DNA of 64,000 bases from Candidatus Marinamargulisbacteria bacterium (lineage in GTDB: Bacteria > Margulisbacteria > Marinamargulisbacteria > UBA817), in NCBI GenBank assembly GCA_049889215.1, contig JBMHDV010000027.1, forward strand, positions 29,594 through 93,593, read 5' to 3'. Shown here piece after piece: positions 63,102-64,000 of this stretch (its first letter is position 1; each line of letters begins with the position of its first letter). A program made the position numbers and the translations under genes. The notes below the pieces were generated by a model. It ran no database searches, had not been told where the DNA came from, and saw only the letters and a list, made by a program, of their open reading frames with translations.

Positions 63102-64000
63102 ATGAAGTCAAAATTATACCTTTTATTCATTTGTTACCTTGTGACTATTAGTCAAATAAATATATTTGGAAAGCCAGTTGAAGTTGAATCAAAACTGTAC
63201 TTTTCTGAAAATCCTATTATTTTTGACCCGCCAATGATTCAAAAAGGTAACACACACATGATTCCAATTCGGTCACTGTTATCTTATTTTGATGGAACAA
63301 TAACTCAATCAAAAAAAAGTTACGCCTACACAATAACAGTAAATAACACATCATTTATCATTAAACAAAACAAAAAAGAATATACACAAAATTCAAGAAA
63401 GAACATTTTTAAAGAAGCACCGTTAAAATATAAAACAAGACTGTATGTCCCTTTAAAACAAATCTTAAATCAAATGGGATATAAAGTTGAAAATAAAAAT
63501 AATAATTTTTATGCATACACGACCCAAAAATCAACATCTGAAACAAATCAGAAAATCAAATTAATGTATAACTATAAACAATTAAAAAATAATATTCAGT
63601 CAATATACCTACCTATATCTGGTGTAAATTTACCATTAAAGAAACTCCAAGAACGAGGAAACCAGTATGTGGACTTATCGCCATTTTTGAAATTTCTTGG
63701 ATATAAGATATCAATTATAAAAAACAATGCAGTATTAAAAAAAGGAAATCAAGTTTACTCATTTAAGCATCTATCAAATGTCGTTCGAATTAATGTAGAA
63801 AACAGTGTAGTAAAAAAAACAATTCAATCAGCACCAATTATTAGAAATCAAACATTTTTTGTAAACATTCATTCGTTCCTTAATGATTTGGGCTACAGCT
63901 ATATCTTAAAAAATAACCAGCTTATCATTCTAAGAAAATTACATTTTATAGAGTTAAGTAACAACAATATAATCCTAAGTAAAAATAGCCAAATTAACTT
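63102..64000 (+). CDS. Secreted protein with repeated copper-amine-oxidase-N-terminal-like (stalk) modules, 3' end beyond window
   Basis: ATG 63102, open to window end; signal peptide; four repeats (HMIPIRSLLSYFDGTI, TRLYVPLKQILNQMGYKV, QYVDLSPFLKFLGYKI, TFFVNIHSFLNDLGYSY). Confidence 0.55.
   Translation, partial: MKSKLYLLFICYLVTISQINIFGKPVEVESKLYFSENPIIFDPPMIQKGNTHMIPIRSLLSYFDGTITQSKKSYAYTITVNNTSFIIKQNKKEYTQNSRKNIFKEAPLKYKTRLYVPLKQILNQMGYKVENKNNNFYAYTTQKSTSETNQKIKLMYNYKQLKNNIQSIYLPISGVNLPLKKLQERGNQYVDLSPFLKFLGYKISIIKNNAVLKKGNQVYSFKHLSNVVRINVENSVVKKTIQSAPIIRNQTFFVNIHSFLNDLGYSYILKNNQLIILRKLHFIELSNNNIILSKNSQIN

Overview
AT-rich bacterial chromosomal segment (visual estimate roughly 30-40% GC), gene-dense, standard genetic code, about 60 protein genes plus one tRNA. 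All calls rest on reading the translations for motifs; no database search was run. Most of the window is housekeeping: gyrB(3' part)-gyrA; yqeG-hisG-hisZ; prfA-prmC; rpmE; rpmH-rnpA-yidD-yidC-jag-mnmE; secD-secF with a sigma-28-type sigma factor; lysS; tRNA-Leu(UAG); aroH-tyrA-mpg; tgt; hemW; mreB; metG; a sigma-54 activator; holA; an Omp85 (BamA/TamA-like) plus TamB-like pair; thrC; an Lrp-aminotransferase pair; queA. The Omp85/TamB pair, an LpxB-like glycosyltransferase and a GmhB-like phosphatase indicate a diderm cell envelope, while several operons look Firmicutes-like in arrangement; phylum cannot be fixed from sequence alone. No transposase, integrase, CRISPR array or rRNA was found. 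The best candidate for an undescribed system is the more AT-rich block at 52.1-56.8 kb: an orphan receiver domain with Glu in place of the phospho-acceptor Asp, divergently transcribed from an XRE-HTH gene that is tightly coupled to a 1162-aa STAND/AAA ATPase whose N-terminus is a catalytically dead kinase C-lobe remnant. Other candidates are a DEDDh exonuclease fused to about 600 aa of unknown sequence, a tandem PgsA-PssA CDP-alcohol phosphatidyltransferase fusion, a 1550-aa secreted repeat protein translationally coupled to queA, a sigma factor embedded in the secDF operon with a downstream membrane protein, and a 48-bp direct repeat pair beside tRNA-Leu.
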